Source: the human T2T-CHM13v2.0 reference genome, Homo sapiens. From it: a stretch of DNA of 64,000 nt. Below are positions 1 to 44,336 of the stretch, piece after piece; positions within the stretch are counted from its first letter, which is position 1, and each line of letters opens with the position of its first letter. Below the pieces are notes generated by a model. It was not told where the DNA came from. It saw only the letters and a program-made list of their open reading frames with translations, and ran no database searches. The position numbers were made by a program, and so were the translations under genes. The DNA is taken from the NCBI RefSeq assembly GCF_009914755.1, contig NC_060935.1; one strand, written 5' to 3'.

Positions 1-133
1 TGTCCTTATCCAGAAGGAGGATTCAAGGCACCAAATTCCTGGTTGGTTACCTCCCTATCTCTTTGGGTAATAACTTCTAGAAAATGCCTAGAGCAAAACT
101 TCATCAGGAGGCAGCCTGGTATAGTAGGAATAG

Positions 134-474
<341 letters not shown>

Positions 475-668
475 AAGGCCTAAGTTCTTGTCCCAACTCT
501 CATTTATTGTCTGTGTGACTTGGGGAGTTGATGGTCTTAGTCAGTAGCCCTGTAATATGAGGTTGGACTGAGTAGAAAAGGTCCCTGTTAGGCTGGACAA
601 TGACCATCTAGACCATGAGTGAGGAAAGGGGCCCGGAAGCCACAAGGTCTCTCTGGGTCTGTTTACAG

Positions 669-9250
<8,582 letters not shown>

Positions 9251-9531
9251 GCCGTCTGCCTCCCAACCAGCAGTTCCAGCCCATCACTTGCTCAGGGACC
9301 CCCTAATGTCAGCCTCTGGCCCAGAAGGCCAGGGTGTCTTTTTGTCAGTGTTGCGATGGAGAAAATGGTGGGCTCCTCCAGGAAGATCTCATCTTACCCG
9401 GTTGTCACCCTCCTTAAGCTGAGTGCCTGCTGTCTTTGGAAGCTTTCCATCTTTTTAGTCTTTGCTAGCCATTATATATGCAAAATGTTTTTATCGGGGT
9501 TGGGGTGGAAAGGCCTAGAGACACCTAGAGA

Positions 9532-9594
9532 AATAAAGGGAGTTCTCTGGGCCCCTATTTAGATGGTTTATTTTTATATTCAGTACCTAATAAA
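9532..9594 (+). terminator. ACCSL polyadenylation signals (AATAAA at 9532 and 9589)
   Basis: Two canonical hexamers ~280-340 nt after the stop, followed by T-rich sequence. Confidence 0.7.
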
Positions 9595-9940
9595 TTCTAT
9601 ACTTTTAAATTCTAGGCCCATCTTATTTTCTTGCTTATATTCTTCATAATCATCTTTGGAAGCCAGATGATTTTCTGTCCTCCTTAATTTTTAAATTCTA
9701 AGGCAGGTTCTATGTAAAGAATACTGTCTAGAGCAGGCCAGAAAAAGAAAGAAGTCATCCTTAACTGATGGGCCATTTTCCAGGTGTTGGATGCAATGTT
9801 CTATAAGATTCTTATGAAATCACATCCACTTCCACATGACCTGCTAAGAGGCAGGTGGGAGTATAATTGCAGGTATTCCTGCTTCCAAATACTAGAGTTT
9901 GTTCCACTTTTACCTTCCCAAAAGGCTTTTAAAGTCTCTT

Positions 9941-10232
9941 GCTGGGTACGGTGGCTCATGCCTGTAATCCCAGCACTTTGGGAGGCTGAGGCCAGAGAAT
10001 GGCTTGAGGCCAGGTGTTTGAGACCAGCCTGAGCAACCGAGACCCTGTCTCTACAAAAAATAAAATTAGCTGGGTGTGGTGATGTGTGCCTCTAGTCCCA
10101 GCTATTCAGGAGGCTGAGGTGGGAGGCTCGCTTAAATCTAGGAGACCAAGCCTGCAGTGAACCATATCGTGCCACTGCATTCCAGCCTGGTTATAGAGTA
10201 AGACCCTGTCTCTACAAAAAAGAAAAAAAAAA
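9941..10232 (+). mobile_element. Alu (old, J-like)
   Basis: Diverged Alu with A tail. Confidence 0.9.
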
Positions 10233-10246
10233 TCTGACAAGCTTGG

Positions 10247-10533
10247 TGTCTTAGTCCCTTCATAATATGAAAATATCACAAAGTGGATGGCTTAGAAACA
10301 AATCTTTCTCACAGTTCTGGAGGCTGGAAAGGCCGAGTTCAAGGCCCTGGGAGATTTGGCATCTGGTGAGGGTCCCATCTTCCCAGTGTCATCTCATGTG
10401 GCAGAAGAGGTGAGAGGTCTTCCTCTGCCTTCATGACCCAATCACTTTTCAAAGGGCTCACCTTCTAATACCATCACCTTGGGGGTTAGGATTTCAAATA
10501 TGAATGTTGGGGGGACACATTCAGTTCGTAGCA
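10247..10533 (-). mobile_element. MaLR LTR (MLT1A/MST-like)
   Basis: tgtcttagtc...ctcacagttctggaggctgg...ggggttaggatttcaa...ttcagttcgtagca. Confidence 0.75.
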
Positions 10534-10771
10534 TCTGGGGTTGTCCATTTCCATTTCTAATGTTTTCAGCTGTTCAAATTAAGCCACCCATCAGTTTCTC
10601 TGCAAAGCCCTTGCATGTCAGAGCACTGATACTGTGAAGTGGGCAGAGAAGGGACTACTACGATTTTATGGATGAAGAAAGAGCTCACAGTACCAACTGG
10701 TGGCTTTAGTCGCTTGGGTTTGTGGCCGTACTTGCTCCGAATCCAAATTTGTTTATTCTTGTCAGTTTTCT

Positions 10772-11107
10772 TGTGTGTGTGTGTGTGTGTGTATGTGTGT
10801 GTTTTTGTTGTTGTTGTTGTTGTTGTTGTGAGACTGAGTCTCACTCTGTCGCCCAGGTTGGAGTGCAGTGTCACAATCTCGGCTCACTGCAACCTCTGCT
10901 GCTGGTTCAGCGATTCTCCTGCCTCTGCCTCCCAAGCAGCTGGGACTACAGGCACGTGCCACCTCGCCCAGCTAATTTTTATATCTTTAGTAGAGACAGG
11001 GTTTTACCATGTTGGCCAGGCTTGTCTCAAACGCCTGACCTCAAGTGATCCGCCTGCCTCGGCCTCCCAAAGTGCTGGGATTACAAGCTGAGCCACCGCT
11101 CCTGACC
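10772..11107 (-). mobile_element. Alu with tail converted to (TG)n/(TTG)n microsatellites
   Basis: (TG)n at 10772-10801 and (TTG)n at ~10806-10828, adjoining the Alu body. Confidence 0.92.
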
Positions 11108-11109
11108 GA

Positions 11110-13330
11110 TATAGCTCTTTTTAAAAAACCTCTAGTATAACGTTGAATAAAAGTGGTTGAGAGGACAGCCTGCCTTGTTCTCAGTCTTAGTAGCATTGAG
11201 TGCAATCTTCTGCTCTTGAGTATTACGTTACTGTATTTTTCATTCTGTCCCTTATCTAATAAAGAGTCCTTCTATTACTAGTTTGCTGGGAGTTTTACCA
11301 TGTATGAGGGTTCAATGTTGTTAGATGTTTTTCATCTGCATTTATAGAGATATGATTTTTCTCTTGATTATCAATGTAGTAAGTTACATTGATTTCTTAA
11401 TGTTAAAGCAACTTCACATTGCTGCAATAAACCCCATTTGGTCATGATGCATTGTCCTTTTATATACCATTGAGTTTGGTTTGCTATTTTAAGAAGTTTA
11501 CATTCAAGAAGGACATCATTCTATAATTTTTTTTTTTGTAATGCATTGTTAGTTTCAGTATCATGATTAATACTGGTTTCATAGATGTTTGGGAAACTGT
11601 TCCTTCCTGAATTTTCTAGAAGTTTGTGTCCAAACTTCTTCAACCTTTAAATATTTGGTTGAATTCAGCTGTAAAACCATAAGGGCCTGGAGGTTTTTTT
11701 TTTCTTTTTTTTTTTTTTTTGTGGGACGGCTTTTACTTATAAATTCAATTTCTGTGACAGTTCGAGTTTTCTATTTCTTGTATCAGATTTGGTTATTTGT
11801 GCCTTTCAATAAAGTTTGTCTATTTCATCTAAGTTTAATTATTGACTTAAAATTGGTTATAAATATTCTGTTATCCTTTTAATACATTTAGGATCTTTAG
11901 TTGTATCTCCTTTTCCTTTCCTGATACTGAAATTGATACATGCAGGAGGGGGATTACGGGGAGGGTCTCCGGAGAATCTCCAACCCATCTGTGCACTGGG
12001 AGAACAAGATGGAGCCAAGGGAAGCTGTGGCCATGCTCAGCGGGGAGGAGCCTGGCCTCTTCAATTTCTGTGTGGTGGCCTGGGATTCAATGTGAGTTTG
12101 GAGGCCTGTTAGCAGGACCCCCTCTTGCTCTGCTGACAGTATTTTTCTTTTTTCCTTTTTGCCCAGTAAATTCCGTTCCCCTCACCCTTCAATGTGTCCA
12201 TGTTCCTAATCCTTCCTGGTGGTGTGACAAGAACCCGGTTTTAGCTGAACTAAGGAGCAAAATTCTGCAACAAAATGAGTTTTTTTGATCAGTCAATCTA
12301 ACTGTTTATCAACTGTATTGAACTTTTCAAAGAACCAACTTTCAGTTTCATTGATTTTTCTCTTGTTTCGCCTTCATTTCTGCTCTTATCTTTATTTCTT
12401 TCTATTTACTTTGGGTTTAATTTGCTCTTTTTTCTAGCTTATTAATGTGGAAGCTTAGATCATTTGTTTTAAGTTGGTTTCAAATATATGCATTACAAGC
12501 TATTCATTTCTCACTTAGCATTATTTTAGCTACATTCCATAAACTTTGATCTGCTGGTTTTTAATCATTCAAAATATTTTCTAATTTCCCTTGTGATTTC
12601 TTTTTTTAAATCAATGGTTTGCTTAGCATATGTAACTTAGTTTCCAAATATTTGGGGACTGTTCAGCTTTCTTTGTTAATGATTTCTACTTTAATTTCAT
12701 TGTGACTAGAGAATGTACTCTATGGTTTCAATCCTTTGAAACTTATTAAGACAGTTTATGGCCAGATTTGTTTACAACATGTGGTCTATCTTAATGTTTC
12801 ATTTGCACTTGAAAAGAAGTATATTCTGTGGTATTGGGGATGGTGTTCTATAAATGTCAATTAGATTAAATTTTTGTATAATGTCCAAAAGTTCTGATCC
12901 TTAGTGTCTTTTGATCCATTTGTTCTATCACCGAGAGAGTGGTATAAAATTTTCCAATTATTATGAACTTGTCTTTTCTCTTTTTCGTTCTGTCAGTTTC
13001 TGCTTCATGTATTTTGAAGCTTTGTTATTACGAGCATAAACTTTTAAGATTGTCACCCTGATAAATTAATCATTTTATTCTAAAATGCCCCATTTTATTT
13101 TTGTTAATTATTTTTGTCTTGAAGCCTACTATCAGATACCAATATGAACACATCAGCTTTTTTCATGATTATTATTTGCTTGTTTTTTTTCACATTTTTA
13201 CCTTTGACCATTTGTTTTTGTATTTAAAGTGTGTCTCCTGCACACACCATATGCTTGATTCTTGCTGTTTTATCCAGTCTGATGATCTTTTAATTGATCT
13301 TTAGTCAATTCACATTTAATGTAACGTGTG
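11110..13330 (-). mobile_element. Old L1 (L1M) fragment, interrupted by an LTR
   Basis: T-rich antisense L1 ORF2-like sequence (ttgaataaaagtgg, ttttcaaagaaccaact). Confidence 0.8.
11934..12272 (+). mobile_element. ERV1 solo LTR (MER61-like)
   Basis: TG...CA termini, 4-bp TSD AAAT, 3' end aagaacccggttttagctgaactaagg. Confidence 0.8.
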
Positions 13331-13897
13331 TGTATGTCTTCCACTTAGGACAAGTGCCTGTGTTTGTTGTTTCGTGGGGTTAAATCCCCCTGCTGCATGT
13401 TTCCATGGTACCCAGTAAATAGTCTTTTTAAAATAGTCCCCACATTGTAAGTCGGCCTTCCCAATCAATCATGCAGGCTTTGGTTTGTCTTGCTCATCAC
13501 CGTATCCTCGCATTTTACAGAGACCTGGCACATAACAGGCATTCACTGAGATGTGAATTACATAGAATTAAGATTTAAATAGAGGAAAATAATCGCTTCC
13601 TTATCTTACAGAAGAAAACAGTAAGGGCCAAAAAAGTCATGAGAGTTGCTCAAGGTCACAGTGTTAGCTAGTGCAAGGCAAAAGTGAAGACAAGAAGTGG
13701 AATGGCCAGAAGACAGCCATGTCTTCCCAGCCATACCTGTATTGAGAGATTCTGCTTATTTCCTTTCATGGGGAAAGAAGACTTTCCCATTCAAGGCACC
13801 TCAGAGACTGCAGCTCTACCTGGGACCTGGGTGCCCACTGTACCCATTGCCAGAATATGTAGAGCTTAGGGCAGAGTTTGAAAAATACTTTTGAAAT

Positions 13898-13900
<3 letters not shown>

Positions 13901-13938
<38 letters not shown>
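13901..13938. repeat. (GT)19 microsatellite
   Basis: Perfect dinucleotide run. Confidence 0.95.
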
Positions 13939-13942
<4 letters not shown>

Positions 13943-13943
13943 A

Positions 13944-14562
<619 letters not shown>

Positions 14563-14588
14563 AGAGTTCAACAAATATTGCAGGCACG

Positions 14589-15122
14589 TGTGGGAGACCA
14601 GGACATGCCTCCCCAAAACATGAAGGATTGTGCTAAAGACAAGCAGCAGCACATTCAGGAAAGCTCTCTACCCTGGCCCTATTTGCCTAAAAGTAGGACA
14701 CAGGTTTACAAAGACAAAAGGTATCCTGTCCCTCTGTCTACCTAGGAGAACAAAGACAACTTTAGACCCCTATGGCCTGGAGATGGTACCAGAGGAATTT
14801 ACATTAACAAGCTTGACTAACTGGCCTTTGTCTTTTTTTTTTTTTTTTTTTGCCTTCTCACAAGTTGCCTCCTGGAGAGACTCAAAGCCCTATTTCTTTG
14901 TCTTGTAACTTAAAAAAATTACTGTTCTTTGTTGAAGATGCTATAAAAACTGGAATTCAAAGTCACCTCTTCCAGAACGACTCATTCCCTCCAGATTTCT
15001 CATGTATAAATGAAATACACATGTCAGTAAATTTCTGTCTGTTTTTCTCTTGTTAATTTGTCTTTTGTAACAGGAGTCTCCCCCAACTAAGAACCTATGA
15101 GGGCTACAGAAAATCCCCTACA
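14589..15122 (+). mobile_element. ERV1 solo LTR (MER34/MER39-like) abutting the ACCS CpG island
   Basis: tgtgggagaccaggacatgcctccccaaaacatg...cccctaca; TATA-like ctataaaa at 14941. Confidence 0.7.
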
Positions 15123-15269
15123 AATGAAAGGGGCAGAAATGACAAACTGCGATGAAAGGCCATAAGGATGCTCACACCCGAATCTAAAAAGCCCTTTGTG
15201 TGGGCCGCAGCCAAGCATACTTTGGCAAGAAATTTCTGTGGCTCTAACCTCCTTTGAAAACTGGAGAAC

Positions 15270-16140
15270 CAAGGCCAGGAGGCAGAAGGAGGTGGCAGAC
15301 CCGGCCCGGCGGCGGCCCAGCACGCGCAGGCCACCCAGAGTGGAGGTGGGAAACGGCATTACGCCCCTTTCCCTTTTCCTGGTCCCGCGGTGCTACCTCG
15401 TGTGCCACCCTTAAAGCGTAGTCCCCGCCGAGACCGCCCCCGCCTGAGTGGCAAGGGGACGAACTGCGCCCTGAACAGGCCTGGAAGCCCAACCCGGTGC
15501 GGACCGCCCTCAGTCTCCTAGTCCGGGCGCGCTGAGCGCAGGGGGGCGCTGTCCTCACCCACGCGTAAGTCGCCGCAGGGCGTTTCCGGGCGGAGAAAAC
15601 CTACACGTGATGGGCGCCCACCGAGTGCCAGCACCGCCTCCTCCAGCTCCGCCAAGTAGGTGGGATCCACTACTTTGCAGAGGAGGAAGCCGTTCAGGCC
15701 TCCCTCTGTGCACTTTGCAAAAGCCTCTGCCCTTCCATCTCGAATCCCTTGGCGCCGATCACACTTCCTCTGCCTGGAAACCTGGAGCCGTCTCTCGCGA
15801 GACGTCCTCCGCCCTGTAGAAGGCCGTTTCGGTTCTTCGTGCGCGGTAGCCGCCCCACTTGCGGGATTCCAAGGCCTCATCGAGTGCGGGTATCTGGCTG
15901 TGGATTCGCCGCCGTCCTGCTGGACGCCTGGAGGCTCGAACCCCGCCGCCCCCCTACCCCAGGCTTTACTCCCACCCCGGCTTCCGCCCACTGTGCTGCC
16001 CTTCCTCGGACCTGGGCTGTCGGGAGAGCTGGAGGTGAGCGCTCTTGGGAGAGCCCAGCCAATTTAAAGAGTACCCCTGAGAAGACTTTGCGGAGGAAAA
16101 TTTAACTGCGGGTACCCGCTGAGTTTATGGTGCGCCCAGT
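15270..16140. promoter_or_regulatory. ACCS: ACCS CpG-island promoter and non-coding first exon (donor after 16034)
   Basis: Dense CpG/GC stretch; GC box ccgcccc ~15434; GAG|gtgagc donor at 16034/16035; possible upstream alternative donor CGC|gtaagt at 15564/15565. Confidence 0.88.
15793..15802. promoter_or_regulatory. TCTCGCGAGA palindrome (BANP / 'CGCG element' motif)
   Basis: Exact 10-bp palindrome inside the ACCS CpG island. Confidence 0.8.
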
Positions 16141-16960
16141 GTTACCAGAGCTTGTGTTGTGCATCAGGACTGGGAAAATTGGCAAGGAGTTACGCTATAA
16201 TGACTCATATTTTATTGAACTTTGGTCATCAGCCAGGATTTGTTCTAAGTACTTTATTGTCACTAACATATATATTTATGTCTTCACGGCCACCCCGAGG
16301 TGGTTACTGTTATATCCACTGTGCAGATGAGGAAACTAAACTGGCTTAGAGAAGTGAAGGAGTTCACACCCGCGGGCAGGAGTAGACCACCCTCTCCTTG
16401 GTGTCCACACCTCGTTTCTTCAGGACTGAAGAGGCAGGCCCTGGAGCTCTGCCTGGGTTGCCTGCACTTGTGGAGGTTCCCATTCCTCCCTTCCCTCAGT
16501 TCCTACCCGCCATCTGCCTCAGAACACCACATAATCTCATCCTACCCTTTACACCACAAGACCCCCAGGACTCCCAGGCAATACTCTGCTTTAACTCAGG
16601 AAATTTTAACCTGGCATTTGGTAATTGAGGTGAGCAAGGGTGGAAAAAGAATGTTGATGACCCCTTAGGCTGGAGAGTGAAAAACTTTTGCAGAAGTAGA
16701 ACACGCTAAAGCAGCAATACATTAAAGTCACGTCAATGTGGCAAGTGCAGTCCCTGGCACGTACTAGGTCCTTAACAGATTTTTCTTGTTGAAGTCGTTG
16801 CACATATGGTTACAGCTAAGGGACACAGGAAGTGATGAGTGCATAAACCTAAAGGAAGGGGCAGATAAGAGAAAGGGGACTCCCATGACTCCAACTCCTT
16901 TCTGATGCTTGGTGCTATGGAAATCCCTTGAGCAGGCCTGTGCATTTTGTCTTTTTGCAG

Positions 16961-33139
<16,179 letters not shown>

Positions 33140-33344
33140 GCTGGTCATTGTCTCGTGGCCAGAGGGCCCAGCAGCCACTGTGGACCTGGGGCGTTCTGGG
33201 GCTGCAGAAGACTGACTGTGGATGTGCCATTTGCCAGGAAGGTATCTAACTTGGCTTTGTGCCTGAAGAACTGTTTCTTGTCTTTCGCTGTAGCAGTGGG
33301 AAACTCCTTAAGCTGTGGTTCAGCCTGGGCCCTCCCTCTCTCCT

Positions 33345-33564
33345 ATTAAACAAAACTAGGAGAGTCCATATGTCTCCATTGTGAGTTATTTAGAATGGAG
33401 GAGTCGTGACTGCTTCTAACCAGAGCCTCAGCCCCCCTGAGGATGTGAAAAGAAAACAAACAACTTGTACCTTCTTTCTGATATCACCGTCATTCCTCTT
33501 TCTTTGTCACCAAGGAAACGAGTCAAAGGAACAGCACATACAGGAGAGTTTGTAGAAAAATAAA
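33345..33564 (+). terminator. ACCS polyadenylation signals (ATTAAA at 33345, AATAAA at 33559)
   Basis: Two hexamers downstream of the stop. Confidence 0.7.
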
Positions 33565-34092
33565 AAAAAGTGATAACTTCCAAACTCCGAGGAGAATGGA
33601 ATGAATGTTGTTTGTACACATTGTTCTCCCCACACTTAAGACAGTTGGGCTCAACAGCACACTGGGATTGTGGGACCGTCTTCTGATTGGGACAAGGTGA
33701 ACAGGACTCTATGGTGGAAGTCAGGAGAGGCATCTTTATGGGAGCTGAACTGGTCCCTCAATCTCCAGGAAGCTCCTTCTCCCTCTCCCTTTGAAAGAGC
33801 TGCCTTCACTGATGTCCCCAAAGCAGAGTGACCTAGTGATGGTTGTTGGGGGAAGATTTGGGGCTGGAACCCTGAACTGAGGCTGCTATGAGGCCAAGCT
33901 AACCAAGGCTGGCTTTTCTATTGTAAGGATGCAGATGAAGGCCGCCTACCCCATTTTCAGGGGTGCGTTAATTCAGAGGCTAAATGAGCTTCTAGATCTG
34001 ACCAGGTGTGTCAGATCTAAAGCTGTGTGCTGAGGAGCCTTCCCAGGTGCTGACACTCCTGCTTGGAAGCCGATGCTTTCCTTCTTTCTCTG

Positions 34093-40900
<6,808 letters not shown>

Positions 40901-40990
40901 GGGAATACTGTATGTTACTATCCTGGCTTGGAGCTTCCTAGACCATGCTGGTGGTATAAATTCAAACCCCAGATGGTCATAAAGCTTGAT

Positions 40991-41356
40991 TGCTATGAAC
41001 TGAATGTTCATCCCCTCCCACACCTCCTTCATATGTTGAAGTCCTAATCCCCAGTGTGATGATTATTGGAGGTGGGGCCTTTGGGATGTAATTAGGTCTT
41101 GAGGGTGGAATCCTCATGAGTAGGATTAGTGCCCTGACAAGAAGAGACACAGAAAGGTCTTTTTCTCCACCATATGAGAATATAGCAAGAAGGTAACCCT
41201 CTGCAAACCAGAAAAAGAGCCCTCATCAGGAACCAAATTGGCCAGCACCTTGATCTTGGACTTCCTAGCCTCTAGAGCTGGGAGAAATAAATTCCTGTTG
41301 TTTAAGCCACCCAGTCTGTGGTATTTTTGTTATAGCAGCCCGAACTGACTAAGATA
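40991..41356 (+). mobile_element. MLT1A-type MaLR LTR
   Basis: tgctatgaactgaatg...aataaattcctgttgtttaagccacccagtc...gactaagata. Confidence 0.85.
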
Positions 41357-41799
41357 TGCGTGTTAAAGATCATCAGTGAGACTCTCTTCTTTTTCCATTC
41401 CCTGGACAAGACAGGTAAGTTTCTTTGGTGGATGTTGAGCAAATTTTTTCCAGTATTCCCTGTTGGGTGTAATTCTTTAAGATCCTAGCTTTATGGGTTT
41501 CTTTGTATCAGCTTCCTGCCTTGTATGCCCAAGATAGTTGTAGCTTCAATGTCATTTCTATTATTTAAGCTTCATTTTTGACTTTGGATGTTTTCCTTCC
41601 TTTTTTTTGTGCGTAAGCTCAGCTATTCACTTGAGAAGGTATTCCTTATATTTCACCTGGTTAGGTGTTTTTTAGCCTACCATGCTGCCTGCCAGTGCTG
41701 TTTTAAGCTGAGCCAACCTAAGGTCCCACAGATCAATTATATTATGGAGCCCTTTTCTTTAGAGAATATGCCTTTTTCCATTCTTGGATATCTCTGTTA

Positions 41800-42294
41800 C
41801 AGTAGACTCTTGAATAATGTGGGGGTTGGGGTGCCAATCCCCTAAGCAGTTGAAAAATGATGTATAACTTTTGACTCCCCCAAAACTTAACTACTAATAG
41901 CCTTCTGTTGACTGGACACCTTACTGATAATGTAAATAGTCTATTAAACATATTTTATATGTTATATATATTAAATACTGTATTCTTACAATAAAGTAAG
42001 CAAGAGAAAAGAAAATGTTATTAAGAAAGTCAGGAGGAAGAAAAATATATTTACTATTCATTAAGTGGAAGTCATAACGATCTTCATCCTCCTCATCTTC
42101 ATGTTGTGTAGGCCAAGGAGGAGAAGGAAGGGGGGTTGGTCTCACTGTCTCAGGAGTGGCAGAGGCAGAATAGGTAGCAGAGGTGGAAAGAGAAGCTGGA
42201 GAGGCAGGCACACTTGGTGTAACTTTTGTTGAAAAAAAATCTGCACAGCAGTGGATCTGCAAAGTTTAAACCTGTGTTGTTCAAGAATCAACTG
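41800..42294. mobile_element. Tigger2-family (MER28-like) DNA transposon
   Basis: TIRs CAGTAGACTCTTGAA / TTCAAGAATCAACTG flanked by TA. Confidence 0.85.
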
Positions 42295-43790
42295 TATTTA
42301 GAGGAAGTGCTAAATATGGGATTCAACCCTACACCAGCTCTTTCTCCTAATTGGAAACTCACTTTCCCCTGATGACACTATTTTCCACGAAAGCCATTCC
42401 CTTTCTAATCCTGACTTTCATATTTCCTGACTCACTGGGTAAGGGGGTATCTGTGTAATCTTTGCTTTGCCCTGTAACTTCAAATTCAGTAAAGCAGTAT
42501 CTTTCTACAACCTCTCCTCCTTCAACCACCAGCTACTAAGACGCTTTTCTGCCTTCTCAGAAACTTCAGGTCCTGGCTTATAATTTATTTCCCACTCCTC
42601 CCTGAAGTCATCCTTGGATACTTTCGCATCATGTAGCTTCTAATTTCACATCTTCTATATTTTCCCACCTCCCTCACTTGCATGGTTTCTATGCCTAGAA
42701 ATGTAGCCACACTGGATTGAAAAACACTTGCTCTTTCTGATTGCTTTTCCTTCTTTATTTTTATTTATTACTCTTTTTTTTTGCAGAGATGGGGGTCTCA
42801 CTTTTTTGCCTAGGCTGGTATTGAACTTGTGGTCTCAAGTGATCCTCCTGCCTCGGCCTCCCAAAGTGCTGGGGTTACAGATGTGAGCCATTCTGCCCAG
42901 CTGCTTTTCCTTCTTTAACACATGCTCATGACTTTCTTTCTCTGCCTTGAATGCCCTTTTCACCTCTCTGCTTGTCAAAATACTAAGTGTCCTCCAGGAT
43001 AAACAAAGATATCAACTGTTGATTGAACTCTTCCTAGATTTTTCCAACTGGATGTCACCTCTTTTTTTTTTTTGAATTCTGTAGCATTTTGTTTATATGC
43101 TTCTATGCCACTTTTTACCTTCTCCTTTGAATAATCTTATTGTCTTATTTCTAGTTAGCTCCTCCCAGTGTCTAGGCATCCTTTCTCCATTCAACAACTA
43201 TTTATTGAGCAATTAACTATATGCCAGGCATTAGGCAAGTTTAAGGTTATAAAAAATGAAGAAGATAGGCAGCATTGTGTGAGGCTGTGCCTCACACAGT
43301 TCTTTAACACGGCAAATTCTCATTTTATAAAAGAACAAAGGATTAATTAAAAACATACATGTTTAAAATACAGATAAATATGGAGAAGAAAAAAAGAGGC
43401 CACAATCTTCCAGACCAGATAGCTATTGTTGACTTATTTCAAAAAGTGAAAACAATATTCCCTGGGATAAGATAAATTTGGATACAGTTCCAGTGGTGAT
43501 TGTCACTGCTCTCCACCCATCCAGTTCTCAAATGGGGTGGGTGTGTGCTACATTTTGTATCATTTGCAGGGGGGATTTGATTTGGAAAGCAGAGCAATGC
43601 CCCCTTGGATGTGGGGAAGCAGAACATGAGTGTCCCATCCCCAGAATGTCCTCATCCCAATCTCCCTAGATCTGTGACAAGCAGGCATTAACTCACAAAA
43701 ATATCCCTGGAATCGAGGTTGCTGCCGGAAGCCTCTGTAGGTATCTAGTCTCAGAATCATCACTTTGAATATTTAAGCTATCAGTGACAA

Positions 43791-43809
43791 CTTCCACCAG
43801 ATGGCGCCA
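43791..43809 (+). promoter_or_regulatory. CTCF core motif upstream of the EXT2 promoter
   Basis: CCACCAGATGGCGCC matches consensus CCASYAGRKGGCRS. Confidence 0.8.
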
Positions 43810-44036
43810 AAGTACATCTGGGACCAGAAGGGATTTGGATCCTGTAGCCAGACCCACAACTCTACCAAACCAACATCGCAGGCCCAGGGGTCATTTCATT
43901 AACCTCTCAATAACATCGCTCTGAATTTTAATTTAATTTTTTAGTTTCCACTTACTGCTTTATGACAGCGGTTTTAGTGTGCATGGATAGGGCTAAATCA
44001 TGTAAATAATAGAGAAAGATACAAAACAAAAATGCG

Positions 44037-44336
44037 TTTTTTTTTTTTTTTTTTGGAGACAGGGTCTTGCTCTATCACCCAGGCTGGAGTGCAGTGGCAC
44101 GACCACGGCCCACTGCAGCCTTGACCTCCTGGGCTCAAGCAATCTTCCTGCCTCTGCCTCCTAAGTAGTTGGGACTACAAGCGTGTGCTACGATGCCTAG
44201 TTAACTTTTTATTTTTTGTAGAGATGGGGTCTTGCTCTGCTGCCCAGGCTGGTCTCAAACTCTTGGGCTCAAGCGATCCTCTCGTTTAGGCCTCCCCAAA
44301 TGCTGGAATTACAGGCGTGAGCCACCTTTCCTCGCC
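44037..44336 (-). mobile_element. Alu (J-like)
   Basis: TSD aaatgc(g/t)t. Confidence 0.9.
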
